A stretch of 64,000 nucleotides of DNA from Syntrophorhabdaceae bacterium (GTDB lineage Bacteria; Desulfobacterota; Syntrophorhabdia; Syntrophorhabdales; Syntrophorhabdaceae), in assembly GCA_963666485.2 (NCBI GenBank), contig CAXXUO010000004.1, forward strand, positions 32,001-96,000, in the 5' to 3' direction. Position 1 is the first letter of the stretch, and every line of letters begins with the position of its first letter. A model generated the notes under the pieces. The model did no database searches and was not told where the DNA came from. It saw only the letters and a list, made by a program, of their open reading frames with translations. This document shows, in pieces, positions 29,075-39,221 of the stretch. Both the position numbers and the translations under genes were made by a program.

Positions 29075-30634
29075 TTATTTTTTGATCGAAAACACCGAAA
29101 AGGAATAATTTTTGTACCCGTTGAATTCGTCTATATCTATCTTTTGCAAGTTGTTTCTTTTAAAATTTTCTACGAGCAAAGACATCGATTGCCCCATCGT
29201 TCTCCTGTCGATGACCAGGTAATCGACGTCTGCCGATCTCAGGAAGGCGGAGATCTCAGGCGCTGTACTGTTTTCGGGGACCGTAACATATTCCGCGCCC
29301 GAATAAAACCCCAACCGGTTCAGGCGTCCTTCGACTGCTATCTTCCTGTTGGAATACCCCATCTGTTTCAGACAGGTACCGGCCTTTTTGAGTTCAACCT
29401 TATCAGCCCCCGGCCACGAAAGGCTGCTCGGCAAGACAACCAGGCATATAACAGCCATGGTCAGGATCGCAATTCCGTTCTTCCACCGGCCGGGGATTAC
29501 AAACTTGACGCCCGCGCCCCACTTTTCAAGGATGCCCCCGATCTCATAAAAACCCGCCGCCACCCACAGGAGCGCGGGCAGGCCCATGAGCATCCCGTGC
29601 CTCGTACTCAGATAATAGATCTTCGAAACATACACCAGGGACACCGCAAAAAATGCCAGCCACCAGGACCAGATCAGGAGTTCCCGTGAATTGAAGGGCA
29701 CTATTTTCCTCCGCGTCACGCCCACGATGAACAGGAGAATGAACAACACATGGTAGGATCGAAAGAACTTGAAGATCGGCTGCCAGAAGAACACAAGGTA
29801 TTTGTTGCCCGCCACTGCCCGGGTAACAACGTCCGAATCCTCGACATTCTTTCGAAAAGCTTCTTCCGTTGTCTTGTTACCGGTGCTCAATATCTGGGGT
29901 ATCTTTGAGCCGATATGGCCGAGTTCCCAGTGGCCAAGCCTGCCTTTAACGAAGATCAGGGGTGAGAGAAACAGAATGGGGAAGGAAATTATGAAGATCA
30001 TCGTATACACAATGAAAGTGCTGAGGCTAAAGGTCCTTTCGACCCGATATTGCCAAAATACCCAGAACATCACGACAGGTATGACGGCCAGGCCTTCCAT
30101 GCGGGTGAAGGCAGACAACCCTGTGAATAAAGCCGACAGGACCATGAACACGGGCTGTTTCTTTTGCATTCCTGCCGCCGCCGCGCACAGGGCGGACAGG
30201 GAAAACAACCAGAAGACAGGTTCTCGTATCACATTGGAGGAATATTCAATCAGCCGCGGGCTGATGACGAAGAAGATAGAAGCGGCAACGGCCAGTTTTG
30301 TATCGAACAGGCGCTTTATGACCCAGTAGAACGGCACAACGGCAAGCGAGCCGGACAGAACGGAAAGGATCCGTGCGGAAAGCTCCCAGTCAGGGATCAC
30401 CTTATGGAAGATCGCAATGAGAAACGGGTAAAGATTGTAAAAACTGTACTGTGCTATTTTCCCCCATTCCCCGGCATCGATAAGTTTTGCCGTGTTTATG
30501 TACATTATCCCGTCCGGAACGATTATGCCGGGCGCGAGCGCTGAATACAACCTCAGCGCCAGAGCGGAAAAGAACAAGATAAACGGCGTCATGATCACCG
30601 CTTTTGATCTCGTATTTGCCTGGATAGTTTCCAT
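29075..30634 (-). CDS. GT-C fold glycosyltransferase (ArnT/PMT_2, family 39-like)
   Basis: N-terminal LALRL...PDGIMYINTA, LYPFL, ARILSVLSG and TRMEGL in a multi-TM protein. Confidence 0.8.
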   Translation of the reverse strand: METIQANTRSKAVIMTPFILFFSALALRLYSALAPGIIVPDGIMYINTAKLIDAGEWGKIAQYSFYNLYPFLIAIFHKVIPDWELSARILSVLSGSLAVVPFYWVIKRLFDTKLAVAASIFFVISPRLIEYSSNVIREPVFWLFSLSALCAAAAGMQKKQPVFMVLSALFTGLSAFTRMEGLAVIPVVMFWVFWQYRVERTFSLSTFIVYTMIFIISFPILFLSPLIFVKGRLGHWELGHIGSKIPQILSTGNKTTEEAFRKNVEDSDVVTRAVAGNKYLVFFWQPIFKFFRSYHVLFILLFIVGVTRRKIVPFNSRELLIWSWWLAFFAVSLVYVSKIYYLSTRHGMLMGLPALLWVAAGFYEIGGILEKWGAGVKFVIPGRWKNGIAILTMAVICLVVLPSSLSWPGADKVELKKAGTCLKQMGYSNRKIAVEGRLNRLGFYSGAEYVTVPENSTAPEISAFLRSADVDYLVIDRRTMGQSMSLLVENFKRNNLQKIDIDEFNGYKNYSFSVFSIKK

Positions 30635-30647
30635 AAGCCGGATCGCG

Positions 30648-31268
30648 TCAGGGTTTTTCCAGTATCCTGGCCGGAACGCCTACCGCTGTGGCGTTGCCGG
30701 GAATGTTCCTTATGACGGCAGCCCCTGCACCGATTATGCTCCACGCCCCTATCGCCGCACCCATTACCGCCACAGCTCCCACTCCGAGGAAGGTCCCTTC
30801 CCCCACCGTGACATTTCCCGCAAGGCACACGCCGGGCCCGATATGCGAGTAATCCCCTATAACGCAATCATGATCGATCGCGGCGTTCGTGTTGACAATG
30901 CAATGCCGGCCTATCACCGTACCGGGCTGGATAACCGCCCCCGCGAAGATAACCGTGCCTTCCCCGACTGATACCGACGGATGGACATACGCCCGCGGAT
31001 GGATCGCCGTGACCCACTGACAACCTGTGAGCGTTCCCGCCTTTTCCGCCCTGGTCCTGTTGTCGCCGATCGCAATTATAGCCCTTTCCCCGGCCGAACC
31101 GTCGATGCGTGACACGGTCCCTATCACCCGGGCGCTCCCGACAAGCGCACCCTGCTTCACCGGGTCGTCATCGTATATGCCCCGGACCTCGATGCCCAGT
31201 TCGGCGACCGTGCTCACGACGACCTTTGCGTGACCGCCTCCCCCAATAACGATGATAGCATCACCCAT
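30648..31268 (-). CDS. Sugar N/O-acetyltransferase (PglD/NeuD hexapeptide family)
   Basis: Motifs IGGGGHAKVV, IAIGDNRTR, IHPRA, IDHDC and GVPAR, with hexapeptide repeats. Confidence 0.92.
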   Translation of the reverse strand: MGDAIIVIGGGGHAKVVVSTVAELGIEVRGIYDDDPVKQGALVGSARVIGTVSRIDGSAGERAIIAIGDNRTRAEKAGTLTGCQWVTAIHPRAYVHPSVSVGEGTVIFAGAVIQPGTVIGRHCIVNTNAAIDHDCVIGDYSHIGPGVCLAGNVTVGEGTFLGVGAVAVMGAAIGAWSIIGAGAAVIRNIPGNATAVGVPARILEKP

Positions 31269-31869
31269 TATTCTTCTCCCCTGAACCCTTAAAAACAGGC
31301 ATCGTTACAGACCCCTCCGCTGTTATCCCCTCTCTTTTTGCAACTTTCATGGCAGTCATGAACAGGATCTTCAGGTCGAGCAGAAAGCTCCTGTTCTCGA
31401 CGTACCAGATGTCGAGGTCAAATTTCTCCTCCCAGGTCAGGGCATTGCGTCCGTTCACTTGCGTCCAGCCTGTTATGCCCGGCTTCACATCATGACGCCG
31501 TGCCTGTCGCGGCGTGTATAGCGGAAGATATTCCATCAGGAGCGGCCTGGGCCCTACAAAGCTGAGGTCCCCTTTTATAACGTTGAAAAGCTGCGGCAAT
31601 TCATCGAGGCTCGTTTTCCTTAAGACGCTGCCGAACCCGGTAAGCCTTTTTTCGTCAGGCAGCAATTCATCGTTGCTGTTCCGCGTGTTGCTCATCGTCC
31701 TGAATTTCAGCACGACGAACGGCCTGGCCTTGTAGCCGGGACGGCGCTGTCGGAACAACACCGGGGGGCCCATAGTGGCCCTGATAAGGATCCCGATGAT
31801 CATCATCGGCACCGCCGCAATGACAAGGAGGATAACACCGAATACCAGGTCGAAAACACGCTTCAGCAT
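31261..31869 (-). CDS. Initiating phosphoglycosyl transferase (PglC/EpsL-like)
   Basis: Motifs MLKRVFDL, KFRTM, LRKTSLDELPQL, GPRPLL and KPGITGWTQVNGRN. Confidence 0.92.
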   Translation of the reverse strand: MLKRVFDLVFGVILLVIAAVPMMIIGILIRATMGPPVLFRQRRPGYKARPFVVLKFRTMSNTRNSNDELLPDEKRLTGFGSVLRKTSLDELPQLFNVIKGDLSFVGPRPLLMEYLPLYTPRQARRHDVKPGITGWTQVNGRNALTWEEKFDLDIWYVENRSFLLDLKILFMTAMKVAKREGITAEGSVTMPVFKGSGEKNNG

Positions 31870-34766
31870 TCTTTGAGAGACCCCCCGGCATGGGCCAGGA
31901 AAGGGGTAAAGCGGACCATTATGGTTATCAGCAATATCAGCGCGGTAACTATAGTACCAAGCAGGTTGAAATAATAATTATAGAGGAACAGGACGAGATA
32001 AACGGATGTTGTCAGAACGAGAAATGCAAGGTCGCCGTGTTTTATGTCCGCCAGATTGTAGCCCGCCACGATGAATACGCCCGTTGATACCACGATCGAT
32101 AACGAAGAGGCCAGGGCTATGCCGGATATGCCCATGGCCCGCATGAATACAAAGTTCAGCAGTACGTTCACGACCAATCCGGACAACGAGGCGATGGCAA
32201 TGACGGCATTTTTCCTGCGCGCGTTGGCATATTTCGTCAGGATCATCCCGACGCAAAAGAACGGCATCTGCAACAGGCCGTATTCCAGGATCTTCGTAAC
32301 GGTGTTCGTATCACTGGCGGTGAATAGTCCGCCGTAAAAGATCAACCTGACTATGAGGGGCGATAATAACGTAACGAGCACCGTAAGAGGTATGGAGACC
32401 GCCATCGTGATTATCACAAAGAACGACAATTCGTGCCTCACATCCGCCAGGCGGTCCCTGGCAAAATAATGAGAAAAATGGGGCAGCATGACCGTTGATA
32501 TCCCGGTACCCACAAGTCCAGTAAAAAACATGATGAACTTCCACCCGAGATTGAACGCTGAAACACTGCCGGAAGCCAGGGATGCAGCCATCATGTTGTT
32601 AACCGGCAATGCGAGGCCGACGAAAAGCGCCGCCAGCACCATAGGCATATACTCCGACGCGAGCGCCCTCAATGGGGCCGGCAAGGACACGGCCAAGGAA
32701 CGGGATGAGCGCAGCCGGGGGAAAAATGAATACCCTTCTTTCTTCACGTAGTAACGTACGATCAGGAGATTGGCGACCTGCCCCGCGACCATGCCCGTAG
32801 CCATTGCATATATGCCAATGAATTTCGCCGCGACGGCCAGTGCACATATTGCGACGATGGGAACGACGGCCTGGGCGAGAGCGGGGAGCCCAAACTTCTG
32901 CCTGGCATTCAGTATCGAATTACCCAGGATCACGAACCCGCTGAAAAAAAGAATAGGCAGGATGACCAGCAGTATCCGGTGCGACAGGACGATCTTTTCC
33001 GGTGAGAATCCCCATCCTATCACAGGAAGGTACATCATACCCGTCAGATACAGGATCACGGTGAAGAACGACATGACACCCAGGATCGCCGTGGAGCACA
33101 GGCTGATGAAGCGCTGGGTCTCCGCTCTGCTCCCTTTCTCAAAAGAGCCGATCAGGTGAGGGATCACGACCGTACCGACAGGAATGCTGATAACGGACAC
33201 AAGGAACATGGGCACCGTCATCGCAATGAAGAACGCATCCAGTTCACTGCCGAGACCGAACCACCTGGCCAGCACAACGTCCCTGGCCACAAGCAATATG
33301 TTGGAAAAAAGCGTGAATGCTATAACCATAAACCCTGCGGTCACCACCGTGCTTTTTGTGCTGACCGGGCCCGTTTTCTCCCCCGCTGCGCCGGCGCTCC
33401 GGACGCCAGCCGCATTTTCGCACTTGAACAACGCTCTTCCCGGCATGAACTTTCCCAGGTTCCGCCGCGCAAATTCCACCCATCCCATAACGCCCAGCAA
33501 TACAAGGATGACCAGGTACACGTATCGAAACCTGTACAGTGTTCCAACGACCGGATTTGTAAAACCTAAGACCGTCAGAAAAACAAGGGCATTCAGGGCC
33601 GTCAATATAATTTCAAGCGACCTGCGGTACCAGAACGCCATGATCAGGCCCGGCACGCAGAGGTACCAGGCCATGGTTTCGCCGGCGGACACGAGGTTAA
33701 TGATCCCGGCGCGGGAAACCCATCTGTCCGGGAATGGAGCGAATAACGCTACGAGCGCTGCCCGGGGCAGATATGCCAGAGCAGACGATGCATCCTCGGG
33801 CATAACGTCGGGATCAATCACCGAGCCTGCACTGACAAGTTTGCTGTGATAAATATTCATCATTCTGACCAGGACTGTATTTTCAAGCAGTCCATCGATC
33901 GCGGCCGGAATGTTCCTGTTTTCCCGCCACGTCCAGTTAATCCCCTGTTCCCTGAACACCCGAATTACTTCATCCTTATTTTCAACAATAAAAAGTCTGG
34001 GCATCAGTGAATTTACAGCAACAAAAAAAATGATCAGGACCGTAAAGACCCCGGCGCCGCAAAGGGCTAATCTTACCCGCTTTTTCGCGGCAAAATATAC
34101 CAGGGCCGCGCAAAATAAAACGATTGCGGACATCATCAGCAGTTTTATGTTGTACGGCCTCACAAAGGCAACCAGGGCTGCACCCGTGCATGTCCCTAAA
34201 AAGATCCATGCTGCGCCGCGAAGCTTCGACGGGACATGGAATCCCTTAAGCCACGAGTAAAAAATGATCAGCATTCCCAGGATCGCGAAACCGTCCTTGT
34301 GGACCTGGGCATACCAGTTGAGTGCCGAGGGGAAGACAATGAACAGCGATGCCGCGACCATTCCGGAATACGTCCCGACCTTCCCCGGCCACAGTTCCCG
34401 GGAAAGGAGAAAAATGAGCAGGCCGGATGTGGCATGGACCGCTGCGTTGAGCGGCACCATCACGATAGGATCGTTCCCGAAAATAGCGTAAAGAGCCGCG
34501 AGCAGAGAAACATTCCCGGTCGCTCCTTCAGCCGGGCGCAGCGTCCATGCCGCCCAGCCATTCACCCGGATGGTGTCGGCGAGCCTGACCGCTACCTGGT
34601 GGAAAAAGACAGAATCGGTACCGCTGAGCAGGCCCATCCCGCCATGATAACGCGGAAAAAGGGGGAGGACCACCTTCTGGAACATAATGGCGGCAAATGT
34701 TGAATAACAGTAGAAAAGTATCCAGAGTATCGACTTCAATGAATAGGTATTCTTTTCCTGTTCCAC
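31863..34766 (-). CDS. Fusion: N-terminal multi-TM (GT-C/Wzy-like) domain plus C-terminal MurJ/MviN-like lipid flippase
   Basis: 967 aa. The C-terminal half has ARDVVLARWFGLGSELDAFFIA, a MviN signature. The N-terminal half has GTDSVFFH, QVHKDG, FVRPY, LFAPFP and GTLYRFR. Confidence 0.8.
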   Translation of the reverse strand: MEQEKNTYSLKSILWILFYCYSTFAAIMFQKVVLPLFPRYHGGMGLLSGTDSVFFHQVAVRLADTIRVNGWAAWTLRPAEGATGNVSLLAALYAIFGNDPIVMVPLNAAVHATSGLLIFLLSRELWPGKVGTYSGMVAASLFIVFPSALNWYAQVHKDGFAILGMLIIFYSWLKGFHVPSKLRGAAWIFLGTCTGAALVAFVRPYNIKLLMMSAIVLFCAALVYFAAKKRVRLALCGAGVFTVLIIFFVAVNSLMPRLFIVENKDEVIRVFREQGINWTWRENRNIPAAIDGLLENTVLVRMMNIYHSKLVSAGSVIDPDVMPEDASSALAYLPRAALVALFAPFPDRWVSRAGIINLVSAGETMAWYLCVPGLIMAFWYRRSLEIILTALNALVFLTVLGFTNPVVGTLYRFRYVYLVILVLLGVMGWVEFARRNLGKFMPGRALFKCENAAGVRSAGAAGEKTGPVSTKSTVVTAGFMVIAFTLFSNILLVARDVVLARWFGLGSELDAFFIAMTVPMFLVSVISIPVGTVVIPHLIGSFEKGSRAETQRFISLCSTAILGVMSFFTVILYLTGMMYLPVIGWGFSPEKIVLSHRILLVILPILFFSGFVILGNSILNARQKFGLPALAQAVVPIVAICALAVAAKFIGIYAMATGMVAGQVANLLIVRYYVKKEGYSFFPRLRSSRSLAVSLPAPLRALASEYMPMVLAALFVGLALPVNNMMAASLASGSVSAFNLGWKFIMFFTGLVGTGISTVMLPHFSHYFARDRLADVRHELSFFVIITMAVSIPLTVLVTLLSPLIVRLIFYGGLFTASDTNTVTKILEYGLLQMPFFCVGMILTKYANARRKNAVIAIASLSGLVVNVLLNFVFMRAMGISGIALASSLSIVVSTGVFIVAGYNLADIKHGDLAFLVLTTSVYLVLFLYNYYFNLLGTIVTALILLITIMVRFTPFLAHAGGSLKEC

Positions 34767-34768
34767 GG

Positions 34769-35902
34769 TTATATCAGGCCCCCGTAGAAATCGGCCATCG
34801 CCCTGGTCACTTTTTCCTTGGAATAATGGTCGACCACAGCCTGCCGCGCCTTTTTACCCATCGCCCGGGCCAGAACGGGGTCATCAAGGAATTTGACCAT
34901 TTTTTGCCTGAGATCATGCCAGGCACCTGGCTCGAACAGAAAACCCGTTGCGCCGTCCTCTATCGTATCCGTTATCCCGTATATGTTTGACCCTATCGAC
35001 GGGATGCCGACAGAAGCCGCCTCGGCGATGACCTGCCCGAACCCTTCGCGATAACTCGGAAGACACAGCACGTCCGCCGCGGCCATATACTCTTCGGGTT
35101 TTTCGACAAAACCTTTGAAGTGGACATGGTCCCCGCATCGGGAACAGATCTCCCGGACCTTCCGGCCCAGGCTTCCCTCGTCTGGACCCGCAATAACGAG
35201 ATGCGCCCGGGGGAAGCGTTCACAGAGGCCGGAAAAAGCCTGTGCCAGGTCCAGCACCCCCTTGTCCCTGGTTACCCTGCCCAGGAACAAAAAGACCATT
35301 CCGTCCGATGGTATGCTGAGAACCTTTCGTATTTCTTCCCTTTTTTCCTCATTATAGGCAAATTTTTCAAGGTCGACCCCGCATATGGACCCATCTGCGA
35401 TAACTGATGACCCGGAGCGCGACACAACACCCTGGCTTATGAGGTATTCTCTCTGGGACGGGCTGTCCACAAGGATATGCGTGGCGCACATAGCCATTAG
35501 CTTATCAATAAGCTTCAGGACAAATCTCTTCACCCCGAACAGGTTTTTCCAGAATTGACCGGTGAAGGTATGTATCCTGACCGGCACCCTCGCCAAAAGA
35601 CCTGCGGTCATAGCCAGCAGGCCCGACTTCGGCATGACGGAATGAACAGCATCGAATCTTTCTTCCCGGAATATACGGTACAGGGCGATCAGGCACTTCA
35701 AGTCGTGAAACGGGGTTATAGTGCGCGATATCCCGAGAGGGATCACGCGGGCCCGAATGCTATACGGTTCAAGAAAATGAATATCACCGGTATTGACTAT
35801 CAGGGTCAGATCGAACATGTCCTGCAGATAACGCATATGTTCCGTGAGGAACACTCTCACGGACAACTCCAATGTAACGACAAAACAGATCTTCTTTTTC
35901 AT
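34769..35902 (-). CDS. GT4 glycosyltransferase (CapM-like)
   Basis: Motifs HSVMPKSGLL, RIHTFTGQ, GSICGVD, FLGRVTRDKG and PSYREGFG. Confidence 0.92.
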   Translation of the reverse strand: MKKKICFVVTLELSVRVFLTEHMRYLQDMFDLTLIVNTGDIHFLEPYSIRARVIPLGISRTITPFHDLKCLIALYRIFREERFDAVHSVMPKSGLLAMTAGLLARVPVRIHTFTGQFWKNLFGVKRFVLKLIDKLMAMCATHILVDSPSQREYLISQGVVSRSGSSVIADGSICGVDLEKFAYNEEKREEIRKVLSIPSDGMVFLFLGRVTRDKGVLDLAQAFSGLCERFPRAHLVIAGPDEGSLGRKVREICSRCGDHVHFKGFVEKPEEYMAAADVLCLPSYREGFGQVIAEAASVGIPSIGSNIYGITDTIEDGATGFLFEPGAWHDLRQKMVKFLDDPVLARAMGKKARQAVVDHYSKEKVTRAMADFYGGLI

Positions 35903-35931
35903 TAATGAATACTACTCACGAAATGCATGTT

Positions 35932-37212
35932 TCATTTATTGACTATTTTGCGTATGGCGCCCCTGAACGGGGAAAGCATCATTATGCAGAATTGTTCCCA
36001 TTTTTCGACAATATTCATGAGCTTTAAGACGGCCCAGGACCTGATCTGCTGTCCCCATGTTGACCGTCGATACCCATCGGCCGGGATGCAGGACCCGATA
36101 ACGAGATCGACAAAACTCCGGTACGTGTACTTACCCGAGGCCACGACGTCCTCATACGCCCTCTCGACGATCGATGACCGCTTCCGGTCATCGACGACGT
36201 CTTTCAATACATCATGGATATTCGAAAAATCCTTCTTCAATTCAATATAATGGAGTCCCGGCTTCAATATCCCGTTATACTGGCCTTCCACGAGTATCTG
36301 GCACGTCCTCGTGGCACAGCATTCGAGGTGCCTCGGGCCGAGTGCGAAAAGAAGCGTGGTACCATCTATTCCCGGAAAACATGCTGCGGCGACCTCTTCC
36401 ATGGTAGCATCCGGATGAAGTGCAACATACCGTTCCGTGCGGTCACGAATTGACCCGTCAGGGTCGACCATGCTGGTGCCACTTTCTACGCCGATCGTAT
36501 ACTTGCACCGGGAAAGAAATTCATACCACTCATCCCCCAGGATAGCATCCTCCTGCGACGTGGAGATATTCGTGACCAGGCCGTAGGCAGGAGCTTCCCT
36601 CCTGAAGACCTCTGCTATTTCCTGTTTTAAGAAGCCGTGCGATCCCAGCCAATAAGCCGGCTTGCCCGTTGTGCGATACCCGATATCTATGGGACGGCTG
36701 GCAACCGATCCTGCCCGTGCGATTAGCATCGATAGTTTCTTTTCGTCCAGGTATCCCGTCAAGACGTTAAAAAACCGGACGCGTTCAAAATCGACGGTCC
36801 GGTATATGTTGTGCCACGTCGTCGGCGGCGCCACGCTGAAAACACAATCGATATTAAAGTCATTGATGAATTCGCTCAGCAGGTCCGAATTGATAAATTC
36901 ATCCTGAACAAGCATGGCTTTTACGGCCCGCGACCCCTTCAAAGGCTCCGCACGTTTCAGCAGTTTTGAAAAATGTTCCCTACCCCTCCAGTGATTTGTC
37001 AGAAAGAACGTATGGAATATAACGATATCAAAATCGATGCTTAATACATACCGGGGGACCTTTTTTGCGACCAGATTCAGGTAATATACGTCATCACTCG
37101 AATATCGTCTGAAGGCATATAAGTGGTCACGACTGGTGGCGCGCATCGGATAGTCGGCATATGCGCTGACCAGGAGGACCTTTCGCGTTGAATGCCCGGT
37201 ACGAAAGTCCAT
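35932..37212 (-). CDS. Uncharacterised glycosyltransferase-like protein, paralog of 43024-44328
   Basis: Shares QDE, VLTGYLDE, RPIDIGYR, DEWYEFL, PRHLEC and HYIELKKDFSN with 43024-44328. Confidence 0.7.
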   Translation of the reverse strand: MDFRTGHSTRKVLLVSAYADYPMRATSRDHLYAFRRYSSDDVYYLNLVAKKVPRYVLSIDFDIVIFHTFFLTNHWRGREHFSKLLKRAEPLKGSRAVKAMLVQDEFINSDLLSEFINDFNIDCVFSVAPPTTWHNIYRTVDFERVRFFNVLTGYLDEKKLSMLIARAGSVASRPIDIGYRTTGKPAYWLGSHGFLKQEIAEVFRREAPAYGLVTNISTSQEDAILGDEWYEFLSRCKYTIGVESGTSMVDPDGSIRDRTERYVALHPDATMEEVAAACFPGIDGTTLLFALGPRHLECCATRTCQILVEGQYNGILKPGLHYIELKKDFSNIHDVLKDVVDDRKRSSIVERAYEDVVASGKYTYRSFVDLVIGSCIPADGYRRSTWGQQIRSWAVLKLMNIVEKWEQFCIMMLSPFRGAIRKIVNK

Positions 37213-37214
37213 AT

Positions 37215-38273
37215 TTACAGATCGTTATTCATGTGAACCGCGTGTTTTCGCATGCACGATTCAACGAGGGAGAGATTGCGTTTTGACCACTCGACCGTCC
37301 TGGCAAGCCCCTCAGCCAGGCCAACCTGTGCCGTAAACCCAAGCTGTTCCCGAGACTTTACGGTGCTCCCGAACCGTCTGCCCGAATGGTCCCAGTCGCG
37401 CACAGGCTTTATCTCGATGGGCGTTGCGTTGCCGGTCAGTTCGTTTATTTTTTCGGCAAGCTCCCTGATCGTTGTCTCCACGCCGCTCGCGAGATTGTAG
37501 ACGTCACCCGGCACTCCCCGTGCTGCGCACGCTATGAGTCCCCTGCAAATATCATCGACATAGATGAAATCACGAGATGCAACCCCGCCGCCCTCCACCG
37601 GCAGGGCCTCGCCGCGCAACGATTTATAGATGAAGGTGGGCGTCACGTTGCGCCAGACCGTGGCGGGAGTACCCCGCCATTTACCGGCGCCAAGTATTTC
37701 ACGCGGGCCGTAAACATTCTGGAACCGGGCCCGGACAACGGGCAATCCATGCCGGTCATGATAATAGACGGAATAGAATTCACCGATGATCTTTGATATT
37801 GAATACGGGCTGTCCATCTTCAACGAGATCGGCGCGTCTTCCATCGTCGCATGGGCCTGATCGAAAGTCTTTTCGGCAACGGCACACCCCGCCCCGGAAT
37901 AGACAACTCTCTTCAATCTCTTGAAATGTTTGAGGTGCTCAAACAATTTCAAGGTCGTCAGGGTATTGTTCTCGTGGTCAGCCAGCGGGTCGTGTATCGA
38001 ACTCTGATTCCCGTGATATGTCGCCAGATGGAAGACAAGATCTATATCGTCTTTGAGCGTACCCAGTATTTCGTTGTCCGTAATGGACCCTTCCCGGAAT
38101 TGAACACGGCCGTCGTCCGGAATGTTGGAACGTTCAGCAGACAACAGGTTGTCGATGATAACGAGCTCCAGTTGCCCCGAGGCATCCAGTATCATCCTGG
38201 CGAGGTTGCTCCCCACAAAACCTGCTCCTCCGACAATGACGATCTTCGAATTGTTGAATAGTGTATTGTCCAT
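37215..38273 (-). CDS. wbmF: SDR nucleotide-sugar epimerase, Bordetella WbmF-like
   Basis: Long stretches match B. bronchiseptica WbmF as recalled: FHLATYHGNQSSIHDPLADHENNTLTTLKL and EILGAGKWRGTPATVWRNVTPTFIYK. Confidence 0.85.
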   Translation of the reverse strand: MDNTLFNNSKIVIVGGAGFVGSNLARMILDASGQLELVIIDNLLSAERSNIPDDGRVQFREGSITDNEILGTLKDDIDLVFHLATYHGNQSSIHDPLADHENNTLTTLKLFEHLKHFKRLKRVVYSGAGCAVAEKTFDQAHATMEDAPISLKMDSPYSISKIIGEFYSVYYHDRHGLPVVRARFQNVYGPREILGAGKWRGTPATVWRNVTPTFIYKSLRGEALPVEGGGVASRDFIYVDDICRGLIACAARGVPGDVYNLASGVETTIRELAEKINELTGNATPIEIKPVRDWDHSGRRFGSTVKSREQLGFTAQVGLAEGLARTVEWSKRNLSLVESCMRKHAVHMNNDL

Positions 38274-38285
38274 TTCCTGTTTAAC

Positions 38286-39212
38286 CTATTTTGGCGCCGC
38301 GAGATGGCTGAATATATCCGTTACCCCGTATCTGTCGTACCATTCCAACTGACGCCGGATGGTTTCCTCGAAACCCACATGTGCCTGCCAACCGAAGACG
38401 CTGCGCGTCTCTGCAGGGTCGAGGACGACCCGGGGCACGTCATCCTCCCCGGGCGGAACCACGGGGACATCCGGAGGCTCGATCCCCAGGTAGCGGGAAA
38501 CGGCGTCGAACACATCTTTGATCGTGTGACCTTCCCCGGTCGATACGTTGAACACCCCGGTCGGCCCCCTGTCTTCGAGGGCCATATCCATGATCGAGAA
38601 AAAATCGTCCATATCGAGAAAGTCCCGGACCGTGTCGCTGCAAAAGCACGATTGTCCCGCCTTAAGGCGTTTATAAAAGGTCGGTATCGGACCGATCGCA
38701 AGCCGGGGGCCACAGATGTTGGCAAGGCGCAGCGAGACCACCGGGAGGGAAGAATGCAGCAGATAGCTTTCCCCGGCGGTCTTTGAAATACCGTAGCTTG
38801 TAAAAGGCGCCAGGGGATGCGAGACGGGAATGGGCACGGCGGTTGGCCTCCCGTAACACAGCGCGGTCTGAAAATATATGATTCGCCGGACGCCGGATGC
38901 CCGCGACGCCCGTGCGACATTGATCGTCCCGATCACATTTGTCGATGCGTCTTCCATCCAGTCGTCGGGGTCTTTATAGGCGGCAGCGCTGTGAATAACA
39001 TGGGTGGGCTGAAAATCTTCGAAGCAGTTACGAACGAGGGCCCCGTCCGCTATACTTCCCTCGACCACGGTCAATCCCCGGACAGGCGGAAGGACCTCCC
39101 TTTTACCCGTCGCGAAATTGTCGATCACAAAGATCTCATGTCCCCGGGGCAGATAATGCTCGACCAGGTTTGAACCCAGGCACCCTGCTCCACCGGTCAA
39201 AAGGATTCTCAT
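38286..39212 (-). CDS. wbmG: SDR nucleotide-sugar oxidoreductase, WbmG-like
   Basis: MRILLTGGAGCLGSNL, HSAAAYKDPDDW and GPRLAIGPIPTFYKRLKAGQ match WbmG as recalled. Confidence 0.85.
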   Translation of the reverse strand: MRILLTGGAGCLGSNLVEHYLPRGHEIFVIDNFATGKREVLPPVRGLTVVEGSIADGALVRNCFEDFQPTHVIHSAAAYKDPDDWMEDASTNVIGTINVARASRASGVRRIIYFQTALCYGRPTAVPIPVSHPLAPFTSYGISKTAGESYLLHSSLPVVSLRLANICGPRLAIGPIPTFYKRLKAGQSCFCSDTVRDFLDMDDFFSIMDMALEDRGPTGVFNVSTGEGHTIKDVFDAVSRYLGIEPPDVPVVPPGEDDVPRVVLDPAETRSVFGWQAHVGFEETIRRQLEWYDRYGVTDIFSHLAAPK

Positions 39213-39221
39213 AGCTCTTTC

